Positions 1 through 12,704 of a DNA stretch of 64,000 nucleotides are shown one piece after another. The notes beneath the pieces are model-generated. The model was not told the DNA's origin. It saw only the letters and a list, made by a program, of their open reading frames with translations, and ran no database searches. Positions within the stretch are counted from its first letter, which is position 1. Every line of letters starts with the position of its first letter. Origin of the DNA: Octopus vulgaris. Taxonomy: Eukaryota. The stretch is from assembly GCA_951406725.2 (NCBI GenBank), contig OX597825.1, positions 76,942,001 through 77,006,000 of the forward strand, in the 5' to 3' direction. A program made the position numbers and the translations under genes.

Positions 1-420
1 ACACGACGAGCTTCTTTCAGTTTCCATCAACCAAATCCACTCTCAAGGCTTTGGTCAGCCTGAGGCTACAGTAGATGACCCTTGCCCTAAGTGCCACGCA
101 GTGGGACTGAACCCGGAACCATGTGGTTGGGAAGCAACCTTACAACTCAGTCACGCATGCGTCTATATAATAATAATGATTTCTTAAATTATCATCATGC
201 TGACGCATATGATAACAATTCTTTCTAATTGGCACAAGGCCGGCAATTTTAGGGGCGAGGTACTTAGTCAGTACCATGACCACAGTACATGACTGGGATT
301 TCATTTCTAACGAAATCTTCCCCATTCTAAAATGACGAAAAGCAGAGTTGATCTCGGTGGGATTTGAACTCAGAACGTAAAGAGCCATAGCAAATACCGC
401 AAGCGTTCGTCGCTCTGACA

Positions 421-566
421 CAAGCAAGGGTTACCATTTTTGAGATGTGACCCGCATGTGACATGGTACATCACCAGGCGGGCCGCACTACTGAAATAAT
501 TTAAGGTACTTGAATTATTTCAGTAACAACCAGAGAGTCCCGTGCCCCGCACTTTGCCCATCATTG
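421..566. mobile_element. Degenerate hAT-type MITE inserted in an old SINE
   Basis: Right end reverse-complements to CAATGATGGGCAAAGTGCGG, a hAT/Charlie-like terminus. Flanks ctctgaca / ctctaacg form an imperfect 8-bp TSD. The left TIR is poorly conserved. Confidence 0.4.
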
Positions 567-1175
567 CTCTAACGGTTGTGCCAGGGCTCGGCCCTCAATT
601 GTTTTTGATTTTGGCTAAAAGCCACCAATTTAAAGGAGAGTGGGTGGTGGCGGGGAGGCAAGGGCTTTAGTCGATTTCATCGAATTGAGGACTCGACTAG
701 TTAGTATTTTATTCTATCGATCCGGAGAGGATGAAAGGCAAAGCTGACCTCGGAGGGATTCTTTCAGATATCGTTTACAAGGCTAGAAATTTTGGAGGGG
801 AACGTGGTGCGAGGGGGGGGGGGGGCTAGTCTGATTCATAATTAATTGATTAATTAATGAATTAACTAATTAAAACTGATGAAACGAACCGTAAAGGAAA
901 CGCACTCAGACGAACTGTGATTTAGTATACTATATTGTAATAATTACTGCATCCAAATCTTATTCTTATTAACACTCGCAGTTGTTACCTCATAACCACC
1001 ACCACCACCACCACTACTACTACTACTACTACTTCAACTACTACTACTACTACTGCTACTACATAAAGAAGTCGATGTATGTTTATATAATGCTTGTCAT
1101 ATGTCTATATATATAAATCGGCCTTTCTGTGTATACTGTTTACATGTACGAGTAAATACTCTTGTATATTAGGCA

Positions 1176-1179
1176 TGTG

Positions 1180-1229
<50 letters not shown>

Positions 1230-1250
1230 CCTATCTATCTCTCTATCTTT

Positions 1251-1284
<34 letters not shown>

Positions 1285-1335
1285 CTATCTCTCTATCTTT
1301 CTCTCTCTCTCTATCTATCTTTCTCTCTCTATCTA

Positions 1336-1370
<35 letters not shown>

Positions 1371-1418
1371 ATTTGTCTGTCTCTCTCTCCTCTCTCTCTC
1401 TCTCTACCTATCTATCTA

Positions 1419-1499
<81 letters not shown>

Positions 1500-1645
1500 T
1501 TGTCTGTCTGTCTCTCTCTCTCTATCTCTCTCTATCTATTTGTCTGTCTGTATCTCTCTCTATCTATCTATCTCTCTTTCTCTCTCTCTCTCTCTCTCTT
1601 TATCTATCTATTTGCCTGTCTGTCTGTCTGTCTATCTATCTCTCT
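1176..1645. repeat. Compound (TCTG)n/(TCTA)n/(TC)n microsatellite
   Basis: Directly visible; explains the low-complexity ORFs at 1094-1864. Confidence 0.95.
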
Positions 1646-2175
1646 GGATTGTGTATACATTTCAGTGTGTGTGTGTTCGTCTTTGTACCTTCACTTCTTT
1701 ACAACTCGTGTTGCTTTGTTTACATCCCCCACCTTATCCCCTGCAACGTAGCAGTTCAGACCAAAGACGCCGTCAGAATAAGTACTGCTGTTGATTTGTT
1801 TACTTATACAACACAATGCCCCAGCATGGCCGCATTGCACTCCCCGAAAGAAGTACCAATATAAAGTATTATATATTCTCCAAAGGTTTATAAGTATGAC
1901 CGAGCAGGGTTTACATGTATATATATATGTAGGTTTTACATGACAGTATAGGTGTATATAACCTATGTAGTATTTGTGTGTATAAAGCGCTTACATGGAA
2001 ATATATGTCGTCTTTACATAAATGATTGTGTTTATATTGTGTGTGCGTGTATGCATTTATACACACACACACACACACACACATGTCTATATAAATTGTG
2101 TGTTTGTATGCATGTATGTATGTCAATAGTGATTATACATAGGTTTATGTATACAATGTTTATGTGTATATGCTT

Positions 2176-2402
<227 letters not shown>

Positions 2403-2585
2403 TCATCATCATCATCGTTTAACGTCCGTTCTCCATGCTAGCATGGGTTGAACGGTTCGACCGGGGATCTGGGAATCCAGAAGGCTGCACCAGGCTCCAG
2501 TCTGATCTGGCAATGTTTCTACAGCTGGATGCCCTTCCTAACGCCAACCACTCCGTGAGTGTAGTGGGTGCTTTTTACGTGCCAC
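2403..2585 (-). mobile_element. Family C non-autonomous RTE-related SINE with (ATG)n tail, partial
   Basis: Minus strand reads GGTTGGCGTTAGGAAGGGCATCCAGCTGTAGAAA...CCCATGCTAGCATGG..ACGGACGTTAAACG(ATG)n. Near-identical copies at 11047, 34156, 61184 and 62151. Confidence 0.85.
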
Positions 2586-3740
2586 ATATACTGTATTTTG
2601 TTTATATATGTGTGTGTGTGTTTAAATGTATATAGAATGTATCTATATATGTGTATGCAGTTTATATTTAAATATATATTGTGTACATACTGTTCCTATA
2701 TGTATATATATAAATAGAGGTTTATATATATATATATACATGCTTGTAGAGTTTGTATGTGTATAATGCTTATATGTCCATATTTTGTTTATATATGTGT
2801 GTGTGTGTGTGTTTAAATGTATATAGAATGTATCTATATATGTGTATGTAGGTTATATTTAAATATATATTGTGTGCATACTGTTCCTGTATATGTTAGT
2901 TTGTGCGCTGTGTATATGTGTATATATGTGTGTGTTTACATATACAAGCACTTATGTATTGATACATATGTATATATATAAATATATGTGCATATATCAT
3001 CCATAATTGTATATGCATCTTTTATACATACAATAATGTTTATGTACACATGTATCCTCATCGTGTGTGTGTGTGTGTGTGTAAATATCTAATAAATATG
3101 CATGTAATGTGTTTAAGCGTAAACAGAGGCATAACTGCAATTTGGGGCTAGAGTTGCACCTTATGCTTTGTTAGAAATGTCTGTTGTTATTGACCAAAGT
3201 TGGCATGTGGTCTGAATGGTTAAATCAAACTAACATGTAAAAGGGACAACATGCCTGAAGTCTACATTCATCGATAAGACAAAGCCACTCAGCATGGTTC
3301 ATATGGTTAGTAATCATGAATCTGTACTGCTTGCCATCAGATATTCAGCCAGCTTGAGAAGTTACAAAGGATATGTCTGCTGGTGATGGCAGTTAGAAAA
3401 TATCTCAGACTTTCTATTGAGGTACAACACATGCTATTTCAATACCTGGAATTTTTCAGATAAATAAAGCCTTCAGTTACCTAACCATTGGTTACCTCAG
3501 CCATATTCTAAGCTGTTCTAAGGTACTCTTGGTTCCTGAGTCTCTAGATAAATCAAGATTTTTCCCTTCTCCTAGACTTAAAGAGGTTCATGTTGTTAGT
3601 TGTATGCCCTCTATATTTCTTTTTGATATTACCAAGTAGTGAAATTGATGTTTTGTGTATAATACTCCTTTGGAAAGATCATGGCCTATCTCAGTTGAAA
3701 TTCATGCTTCATATATAATACTCCTTTGGAAAGATATGGC

Positions 3741-3968
3741 CCTTGGGGCGTCCATATAAGATTTTGTTATTAAAATTTATGTGCAATAAAATTGGTTATA
3801 CTTTCACTATACACTAAATAGTTCAACAATCTTTTTAATACTATTCCTAAGAATATTCAGTTATAAAAACATATTAGGATTTTATTTAGGCACTGAATGG
3901 CTATGGGGGACCAGTAGAGTAAAATAGGAATCAAAAGGGTCCATAGGCAAAAATGGTTGAGAACCACT
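3741..3968. mobile_element. hAT (Charlie-like) MITE fragment
   Basis: Ends in GGTTGAGAACCACT. Internal sequence resembles the element at 56316-57504. Confidence 0.55.
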
Positions 3969-4044
3969 CTTTGAGTCTAAGAGGACAAATAATCTGATTT
4001 CGACTGTTGCACATTGGCTGTTAGTGATAGCTGTGTAGATGCAA

Positions 4045-4580
4045 GATATTGGTTGTGATTTATAATACTTAAGGTTATACTATCTATGCAAGAATAACTA
4101 GCATTTATGTTTTATCAGTTAAGGAATTTATTATATTTGTTGGTGAAAAGTGGTACCTTTCAAAGGATAGTAAATTCTTAGCTACATTTAAGGTGATGTC
4201 TAAGTTGGAAGTGGGGGATAAACTAAATTACTTAACCCTTCTTAACTCTTGTCTGATCTAGGACTGTAGGGAACATCCTCTCTGTAAACTTACTTCTCAC
4301 TGAAACCACTCCTGTCTAGCACCTGATTATAATACGGGGCTGTTTTACCAACACTTTCCCTGCCTAAGGATGGGCTGGTAACTTTCCTATTTATACCAGT
4401 AATTAGGTTTCTAATTATAGTTGATAGGTGGGGGGCAACATTCGAATATTTGTGGATGTATATACACTTCCTCATTTGGCTTCTTGTAGGAATAATGCTT
4501 ATCTGTCTTATGATCAAATGAAATATCTAGATTGTTACCATAAGGTTGGTGCTATTTGTAATATCTAAGCCAAATACCTT
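4045..4580 (-). pseudogene. Decayed Penelope-like retroelement ORF fragment (RT C-terminus/thumb and linker)
   Basis: Frameshifted minus-strand peptides LDISFDHKTDKHYSYKKPNEE, YIHKYSNVAPHLSTIIRNLITGINRKV...APYYNQVLDRSGFSEK and NINASYSCIDSITLSIINHNQ follow the Penelope-like motif order FLDV..Y.KPN..YIH..SNHPP..A.YY..AL..SG...SYSC. Recognised from memory, not from a database search. Confidence 0.7.
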
Positions 4581-5101
4581 GTTCCAACTGTCACCATCCC
4601 AATGATTTGTGACTACTAGTTAAGAGGTTTGGTTCCCAACCTTGTAATTATAGGTTCAGTTCCACTATGGGGCACCTTAGGCAAATGTCTTCTATAACCC
4701 TGTACAGATTAAAGCTTTGTGAGTGGATTAAATAGAAAGAAACTGAAAGAAGCCTGTCATATATATGTACATGTATGTGTGTGTGTGTGTCACAGTATCG
4801 ATCATACTAAAGGATGTTCTACATCACTAGTCACAATGCGCTTCACATTATTTTAGCTTTTGAATAATACCACCCTGCTGGCTTGACAAGCAGGCCAACA
4901 TCCACCCCACTCTGATCAGAATGTCAGTTCATCATAGGGTGTACCTTTTTGCAACTGAGTGGACTGGAGCAATGGGAAGTGAAATGTCTTGCTCAAGAAT
5001 ACAATATGCAACCAGTCTGAGAATTGAAACCATGGTCTCACATCATGATCATGAGTGTAACACTGCTAACCACAAAGCCATGTGCCATCACACACACACA
5101 C

Positions 5102-5497
5102 AGGTGCAACCTTGGCTGTGTAGCAAGAAACATGCTTCCCAACCACATGGTTCCAGGTTCAGTCCTACTGCATGGCATCTTGGGCAAGTGTCTTTTACTA
5201 TAACCTCAGCCAACCAAACCTTGTGAGTGGGTTTGGTAGATGGAAACTGAAGGAAACCTCTCAAATGCATGTGTGTGTGTGTGTGTGATGGCACATGGCT
5301 TTAATGCCATCACCACTTGACAACCTGTGTTGGTGTGTTTATGTCACTATTACTTAGCAGTTCAGCAAAAGAGACCATTAGAATAAGTACAAGGCTTAAG
5401 AAATAAGTCCTGGGGTCAATTTGTTTGACTAAAAACCTTCAAGGTGATACTCCAGCATGGCCACAGTCAAATGACTGAAACAAGTAAAAGAATAATA
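5102..5497 (+). mobile_element. Family A tRNA-derived SINE, diverged
   Basis: A box TGGCTGTGTAG, B box GGTTCAGTCC, internal (TG)n and 3' tail GAAACAAGTAAAAG. Confidence 0.8.
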
Positions 5498-6705
5498 GAA
5501 TGTGTGTGTGTGTGTGTGTGTGTGTATCTCTGTTCTCAACTTGACACAACACCATACTTATAATGGACATCGCCTTTATACAAATAGCGTCAGTTTTGTC
5601 CAATGTTCTTTGGAAACATATCCAGCCACGGAGAAATATTGGTTTGAAATTTTGGCATAAGGCCAGCAACCGTGGAGAGGGGATAAACTAATTATCTCAA
5701 CCCTGGGTTTTAACTGGTACTTATTGTGTTGACCCAGGGAGGAAGAAAAGTAAGTTGACCTCGGTGGAATTTGAACTTAGAACCAGGCACATACTGTGAG
5801 TAATTACTTCAGGGTAGGCAGTTGGTGACATTTATGTAGGAAAACACACAAAAAATAAGTGAAACACAGACATACGACTGAGAGGAAGGCAGATTTATTT
5901 CTGCCTTTATAGCACGTAAAGAAAAAGTTGTAGGAATGCATGCAGCACATGTGTTACAGCAGTACTAAGCTCAGCTTAAATACTGAGATTGAAAGGCAAG
6001 GATGAATTATGCCTATCTAATCTACAAAAACAATAAAACATTTTGCATTTTACGCATAGTAATCAGAGAAACCTTCATAATTTTATTGCATTTGGTGCCT
6101 ATTTTGCCATGAGAGGAAGATGTTGCTATCAATCTGTTTTATTCAAGGTAGGCATTGCCTACCTTGCCTACCTTGCCGGCACGTTCCTGCTTAGAATGTA
6201 ACGATGGAAGAAATGTGACTTGACATTTTTCCCGGCATGCTAACGATTCTGCCAGCTCACTGCCTTAGCCATGAAGAAATATTACCTTGCTTGGAATCAG
6301 ATAAAGGTTGGTGACAGAGAGGGCATCCAAGTGCAGAAAATCTGCCTCAACAAATTTCATCGGACTCATGCAGGGATGGGAAAGTTGACATGAAAAATAG
6401 TGATGAAGCACTCCTGTCATTAAAATGATGGTAGTGTGTAATTTGAGGGAGAATTAGCTGCTATTTCAAGCAGATTGAATGACTTCCGAATATGGCTTTC
6501 TCTTTATGTTTAGTGTCCTAGGTTAGGACATATTAGGCAAAACTATGATCAAAGTAGATCTAGCCACGACCATCATGTCTTTTTCTTTTTTTTGTTTTAG
6601 TTGTGCTATAACCATGTCGACAGTATCCTGTTATTTAAGGTCCCAGGGAGGCAATAGAAAGCATACTGTTAATTGGTACAGAGGGAACCAGACAAAGAAA
6701 ATGGC

Positions 6706-6738
<33 letters not shown>

Positions 6739-6816
6739 TGCACCACACAGATTTTCATTTCATATATTGTTTGACAGTACTCTTTGCTGTGAATTTGTTT
6801 ACTCATGTGTTTATGC

Positions 6817-7091
<275 letters not shown>

Positions 7092-7399
7092 GCAATACAC
7101 ATACATGTGTGCATTCACACACACACGGGCATACATCTATTCCCCTCTCTTTGCCCCCACACCACCTTCCCTTTAGTTTACATTTCTCATTTTATGAAGC
7201 GCTGTATTAAATAACAACCGAGGCAGCAGCTTTTGAAGCATACCCTAGAGTTTTAGCTGAGCCTCTTACCTCCTCCTGCAACCAAGCCTACAGTCAGAGA
7301 TCGTGTATTACTTACAGCCAGAGATAATCTTTATTTTCTACTTGTTCTTCGATATATATATATATATATATATATACCACACACACATATATGTTTTTT

Positions 7400-7633
7400 T
7401 ATTCTTTTGTTTGTTTCAGTCATTTGACTGTGGCCATGCTGGAGCACGACCTTTAGTCGAACAAATCGACCCCGGGACTTATTCTTTATAAGCCAAGCCT
7501 AGTACTTATTCTATCAATCTCTTTTGCCAAACCGCTAAGTTACAGGGACATGAACACACTAGCATTGGTTGTCAAGCGATGGTGGTGGTGGTGGTGGTGG
7601 GAGCAAACACACATACAAACACATGCTCAAACA

Positions 7634-7666
<33 letters not shown>

Positions 7667-7825
7667 CAATGGGCTTCTTTCAGTTTCCATCTACCAAATC
7701 CACTCACAAGTCTTTTGTTGGCCTGAGGCCATAGTAGAAGACACTTGCCCAAGGTACCACGCAGTGGGACTGAACCCACTACCATGTGGTTGGTAAGCAA
7801 GCTACTTACCCCACAGCCACTCCTG
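7400..7825 (-). mobile_element. Family A tRNA-derived SINE
   Basis: Reverse complement of the 8834-9238 copy. Confidence 0.85.
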
Positions 7826-8129
7826 ACACACACACACACACAAATGTATATATCTTTCTATATATAACTCTGAAGTTGTCTGTGTATGGCAGGTTTGGTA
7901 GCCTTCAACTAACACTATCTCCTCCGAGACCCTGTGGCACAAGTTGACCAAAATTGAGAGTGTGATAGAAGAAGGCTTGCTCTTTCTTCTGTGGAAGAGC
8001 ACCAAGCTGTAGAAATTTTGCAGATCAGATTGGAGACTGGTGCAGCCATCTGGTTCGCCAGTCCTCAGTCAAATCGTCCAGCCCATGCTAGCATGGAAAG
8101 CGGACGTTAAATGATGATGATGATGATAT

Positions 8130-8173
<44 letters not shown>

Positions 8174-8833
8174 GTGTGTGTGTGTGTGTGTGTGGGTGCA
8201 GGCATGGCTGTGTGGTAAGAAGTTTGCTGCCCAACCACATGGTTCTGGATTCAGTCCCACTGTGTGGGACCTTGGGCAAGTCTCTTCCTCAATAGCCTTA
8301 GGCTGACCAAAGCCTTGTGGGTGGATTTGGTAAACAAAAACTGTATATGTATATATATATGCAGTATGACCCATAAGTCACTAGAGCATTTAAAAAATTT
8401 AAGAATTAATCTAAGACTTTTGGGTCACCACATGCCCTAATGGGTTCACGAGAGCATAAAGACATTAGCTCAATCCCTATAGAGTCTATCCATTATATTA
8501 TACATGGTTTCTATGTAATTCAAACTGACCCGGTTTCAAAGCCAGTGGAAGGTTTGTTAAAGGCAAGCCAGCTACTCTATTGAGCTTATCTTGTATGTAC
8601 ATACCTCGCTTGGTGATTCAAGTTGTCTTTCTCTTTGATTCAAACTGACCCTGTTTCTAAGATGGTATGGCATCATTTGAGGGCTGGTTGCCTGCTATAC
8701 TGAGTATGTTCAGCATGTATGTTGAAATTCATTGACTTACTAGAACTGAACTGTATGTTCCTTTATGGAAGTCATGTGTCTGTAGATGAACAGAGACGGA
8801 ATCAGTTCAATATATATCAATATATATCATATA

Positions 8834-9238
8834 GGCGCAGGAGTGGCTGTGTGGTAAGTAGCTTGCTAACCAACCACATGGTTCCGGGTTCAGTCCCACT
8901 GTGTGGCATGTTCGGCAAGTGCCTTCTGCTATAGCCCCAAGCCGACCAATGCCTTGTGAGTGGATTTGGTAGATGGAAACTGAAAGAAGCCTGTCGTATA
9001 TATATATATATATAATATATATGTGTGTGTATATGTATATGTGTGTCTGTGTTTGTCCCCTAGTGCTTGACAACCGATGCTGGTGTGTTTACGTCCCCAT
9101 CACTTTGCGGTTCGGCAAAAAGAGACCGATAGAATAAGTACTGGGCTTACAAAGAATAAGTCCCGGGGTTGATTTGCTCAACTAAAGGCGGTGCTCCAGC
9201 ATGGCCGCAGTCAAATGACTGAAACAAGTAAAAGAGTA
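8834..9238 (+). mobile_element. Family A tRNA-derived SINE, full length
   Basis: GGCGCAGGAGTGGCTGTGTGG (A box), GGGTTCAGTCCC (B box), internal (TA)/(TG) microsatellite and GTAAAAGA tail. More than 20 full or partial copies in the window. Confidence 0.9.
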
Positions 9239-10983
9239 CAGATGCAGAAGTGGCTTTAGGTACATCCTTGTGAGGGTTGATGAAGAAAGTTGCAGACTTG
9301 GGCTGTAATTTTGTAGAATTGTTGGGGTATCAGACAGGAAGTTCCATGTTGATCCTGGATCATTTTATTCCAAGTTCCAGTCCAGCTGTGGTTTAGTTGG
9401 GTGACAAATATAAACTATCACCTGATTTAGCATCAAGAGCTGGTTCCTGGTTTGAACCCAGGATCATTGCATTGCTTGTTGTTGTTTTGTAGCTCCAGGT
9501 TCAACTCACATAGGGCCATAACCTTGTAATACTTTAGGTTCCAAGCTAAATGACCAGGAGCAACCTAAAGAATCTACTTCTCCAGTTTATATCACATCAT
9601 GACCTAACTGAGGACCATATTGCATATTGCACACTTTGGCATTCATGAGTACAATGAAACAGACCATATGTGGCATTTGCTGAAAAGTTCTTGGCTTTAC
9701 AGGTACCATGAAAGGCCTGGTTGGAGGCCCAACCTTCCGAGTTCTTTTACAGCGCTTAGAAAAACTGAAGGACCACTCTACAGTAAGTGTGTGTATCCGA
9801 GAGGGAAATGTGTAAAATAAAATCATATTAGCCTGGTCTCTCTCCTTTGATCTCTCAAGCATTAATAGCTTTACCTGAGGCTTATGTTCTGCTGGCATAG
9901 CTCTTGAGGTCATTGAAGCAGACAGACCATCAAACTACAACATGGACTGCATCTTGTGGTGGTGGTGGTGGTTCTCTTGCTGCCCATAAACTTGGATTTT
10001 CAGCAGAGTGGTTACAGTGAAAGATTCTGTAACTGTTCCAGGTAAATACGACCATAAATGCATTAGAGGGTTCGTGATTTTATGCTATATTCTATTTTCA
10101 TAGCACATATTCACAACATACTTTTCTTAAACCCTGGAACCACTAAACCAACATGTGACCTGCTTGAAATTGCTGTGAAATCTTTATTGAATCACATCCT
10201 ACAATCTTATAAAGGGAAGGACACATTGGTTGATGCAGTCTTAGATTGACAATCTCAGTAAGAGAAAGAATGATCAAGGCTGGAATCTCTTTGATCATAA
10301 ACCCACTAAATCTGACCTAATCTGGGCTAAGTAATAAATTGACAAGGGTGCCACAGTTGTTTGATCTTTTAGAAATAGCAGCTAAATCTCTCTCAGGTAT
10401 AGTAGCCAAATGTTACTCGGATCAAACCTACCTTCTTAGAGATAAACAGAAAGACATAGATTGAACAATGTAAGCCCTGTGCATACCCCTAAAAACAAAG
10501 GGTGGCTATAGGTCTGCTTGATCAGGGATGTCCCCTGTTGTTGAACACCAACAAAAACTGTAGTATCACAGTTATTTAATAAACAGTAATTCTACACAAC
10601 AGAATTTTCTGTGGAATGGTTGTGTGGTTATAGTGCTGGACCCTTATGTTAAGGGCCAAGGGTCATGAGTTCAAATCCATTGAAAGCTTTTCTGTTTTTT
10701 TTTCTAGCCCTAGGTCACTTTTGATCCAGTCGGTCTTATAATCAGAGACATCCTGGTCATGACCATCCAGTTATTTTTTGATTCAAACATAGTGTATCGC
10801 GGGTTATATTACCTAATGTGTTCATTTTTGTGGTTATTGGTCAGCCATGATTTGACAAAGCTGTGATTAAAGTAATCCAGCCATGACTATTCCATCGTTT
10901 ATAAAGACATAATGTGTCTAACCTATTTAATCCCTTCTTGTTATTGTTTTGTTCCTGTTTAGTCCGTATCCAGAAGACCCATG

Positions 10984-11476
10984 ATCAGAGCACGGGCTAC
11001 TAACCCCAAGATTCTGAGTTCGATTCCAGGCAGTGACCTGAATAATCATCATCATCATCATCATCGTTTAACGTCCGTTTTCCATGCTAGCATGGGTTGG
11101 ATGGTTCAACTGGGGTCTGGGAAGCCAGGAGGCTGCGCCAGGCCTGGTCTGATCTGGCAGTGTTTCTACAGCTGGATGCCCTTCCTAATGCCAACCACTC
11201 CGAGAGTGTAGTGGGTGCTTTTTATGTGCCACCTGCACAGGTGCCAGACGAGGCTGGCAAATGGCCACGATCAGACGGTGCTTTTTACGTGCCACTGGCA
11301 CGGGGGCCAGACGAGGCTGGCAATAACAACATCGAAAGAAATACCTTAGAAATGAGAACTCAGGTTCAAAATTTTCCCAAGACACCTGAAGAAGGCTGGA
11401 GGGTATATCAGCTGAAATGTTGTGTTAACAACAAACAAGATGAGGGGAAATATCCATCGAATGTAAATAATGTATA
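10984..11476 (+). mobile_element. tRNA-headed, hammerhead-tailed element (family H1) interrupted by a family C SINE
   Basis: Head GGGCTACTAACCC..GAGTTCGATTCC (anticodon-like arm plus B box, 11016-11027) followed by AATAAT. Family C insertion at 11047-11321. Then AATAACAACATCGAAAG..., matching the H1 arms at 21309 and 45694. Confidence 0.65.
11047..11321 (-). mobile_element. Family C RTE-related SINE
   Basis: (CAT)n tail on the left; same body as the 34156 and 62151 copies. Confidence 0.85.
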
Positions 11477-11921
11477 AAACAATCAGAATATTATTTTGTC
11501 CAGATATGGCTAGTTTAAATGCTAAAGGGTTAAATTTTATTTCTATTTCATTGACTGTGGCAGCCTGCAGGGTCTTATTGCATTATATATGTATTATATA
11601 ATGTGTTATATATATATATATATATATAATAACAAAGGGTAAATTTAATTAATTAAGAAGTAATCAATAATTTCACCAAGTAGAATTCGACATGAAAATA
11701 GGACCATTTCATGGTAAACTTAAGTAATACTTAATAATTAGGGTTCAGCAAAGAGTTGCTTTACCACATACCGAAGTTTAGAAATAGCAGCCAAAAAACG
11801 TTAGCTATTTCTTCTACTATAAAAAGGGACTCCCAGAAAAACCAAAATACTTGAAAACAATCCACACAGGCAGAGAGGAAAAAAGTAACGAAAATCAATC
11901 AATCAATCAATATATATATAT

Positions 11922-12129
11922 ACTCTTTTACTCTTTACTCTTTTACTTGTTTCAGTCATTTGACTGCAGCCATGCTGGAGCACCGCCTTCAGTCGAGCAA
12001 ATCAACCCCGGGACTTATTCTTTGTAAGCCCAGTACTTATTCTATCGGTCTCTTTTGCCGAACTGCTAAGTGACGGGGACGCAAACACACCAGCATCGGT
12101 TGTCAAGCAATGCTAGGGGGACAAACACG

Positions 12130-12165
<36 letters not shown>

Positions 12166-12336
12166 CATATATACGACAGGCTTCTTTCAGTTTCCATCTA
12201 CCAAATCCACTCACAAGGCTTTGGTCGGCCTGAGGCTATAGCAGAAGATACTTGCCCAAGATGCCACGCAGTGGGACTGAACCCGGAACCATGTGGTTGG
12301 TTAGCAAGCTACTTACCACACAGCCACTCCTGCACC
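11922..12336 (-). mobile_element. Family A SINE, full length
   Basis: Reverse complement of the 8834 copy. Confidence 0.9.
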
Positions 12337-12429
12337 TATACATATGTATTATACAATGTGTTATCTATATATGTATTATATATATGATAACTAAAGTGTA
12401 AGGCATTTCATCAGTTAGATGTTTTGATT

Positions 12430-12704
12430 GATGAACAACCTGCTTGTAGAATTAATGTGCATGTATCTGACCCCTCCACAGACATGTGTACCCTTAATGT
12501 TGTACTCAGGGAGATGATTCGGTGAGACTTAGAGTGTAACAAGGCTGTCCCTTTGAAATCAGGTACTACTTATTGTTGTCAGCTGAGTGGACTGGGTCAA
12601 AGAGAAATAAAGTGGCTTGCTCAAGGACACAATGTGAGGCCAGGAATTGAACTCATGACCTTATGATCATGAGCTGAATACCCTAACCACTAAGCTACAC
12701 ACCT
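12430..12704 (-). mobile_element. Family E tRNA-headed CORE-like SINE
   Basis: Minus strand AGTGGTTAGGGTATTCAGCTCATGATC..GAGTTCAATTCC..TGTGTCCTTGAGCAAG; matches 48140-48469. Confidence 0.7.

Noticed and set aside
872-910. CTGATGA...GAAA hammerhead-like words
   Set aside because: No stem II or stem I pairing and no UH site in register.
1094-1864. Long ORFs of LSIY, YIYI or HTHT type here and across the window
   Set aside because: Translations of microsatellites that lack stop codons; open in multiple frames.
6601-6700. Strong acceptor-like polypyrimidine tract followed by ACCATG
   Set aside because: No convincing donor; the ORF runs into (GACA)n; no recognisable protein.
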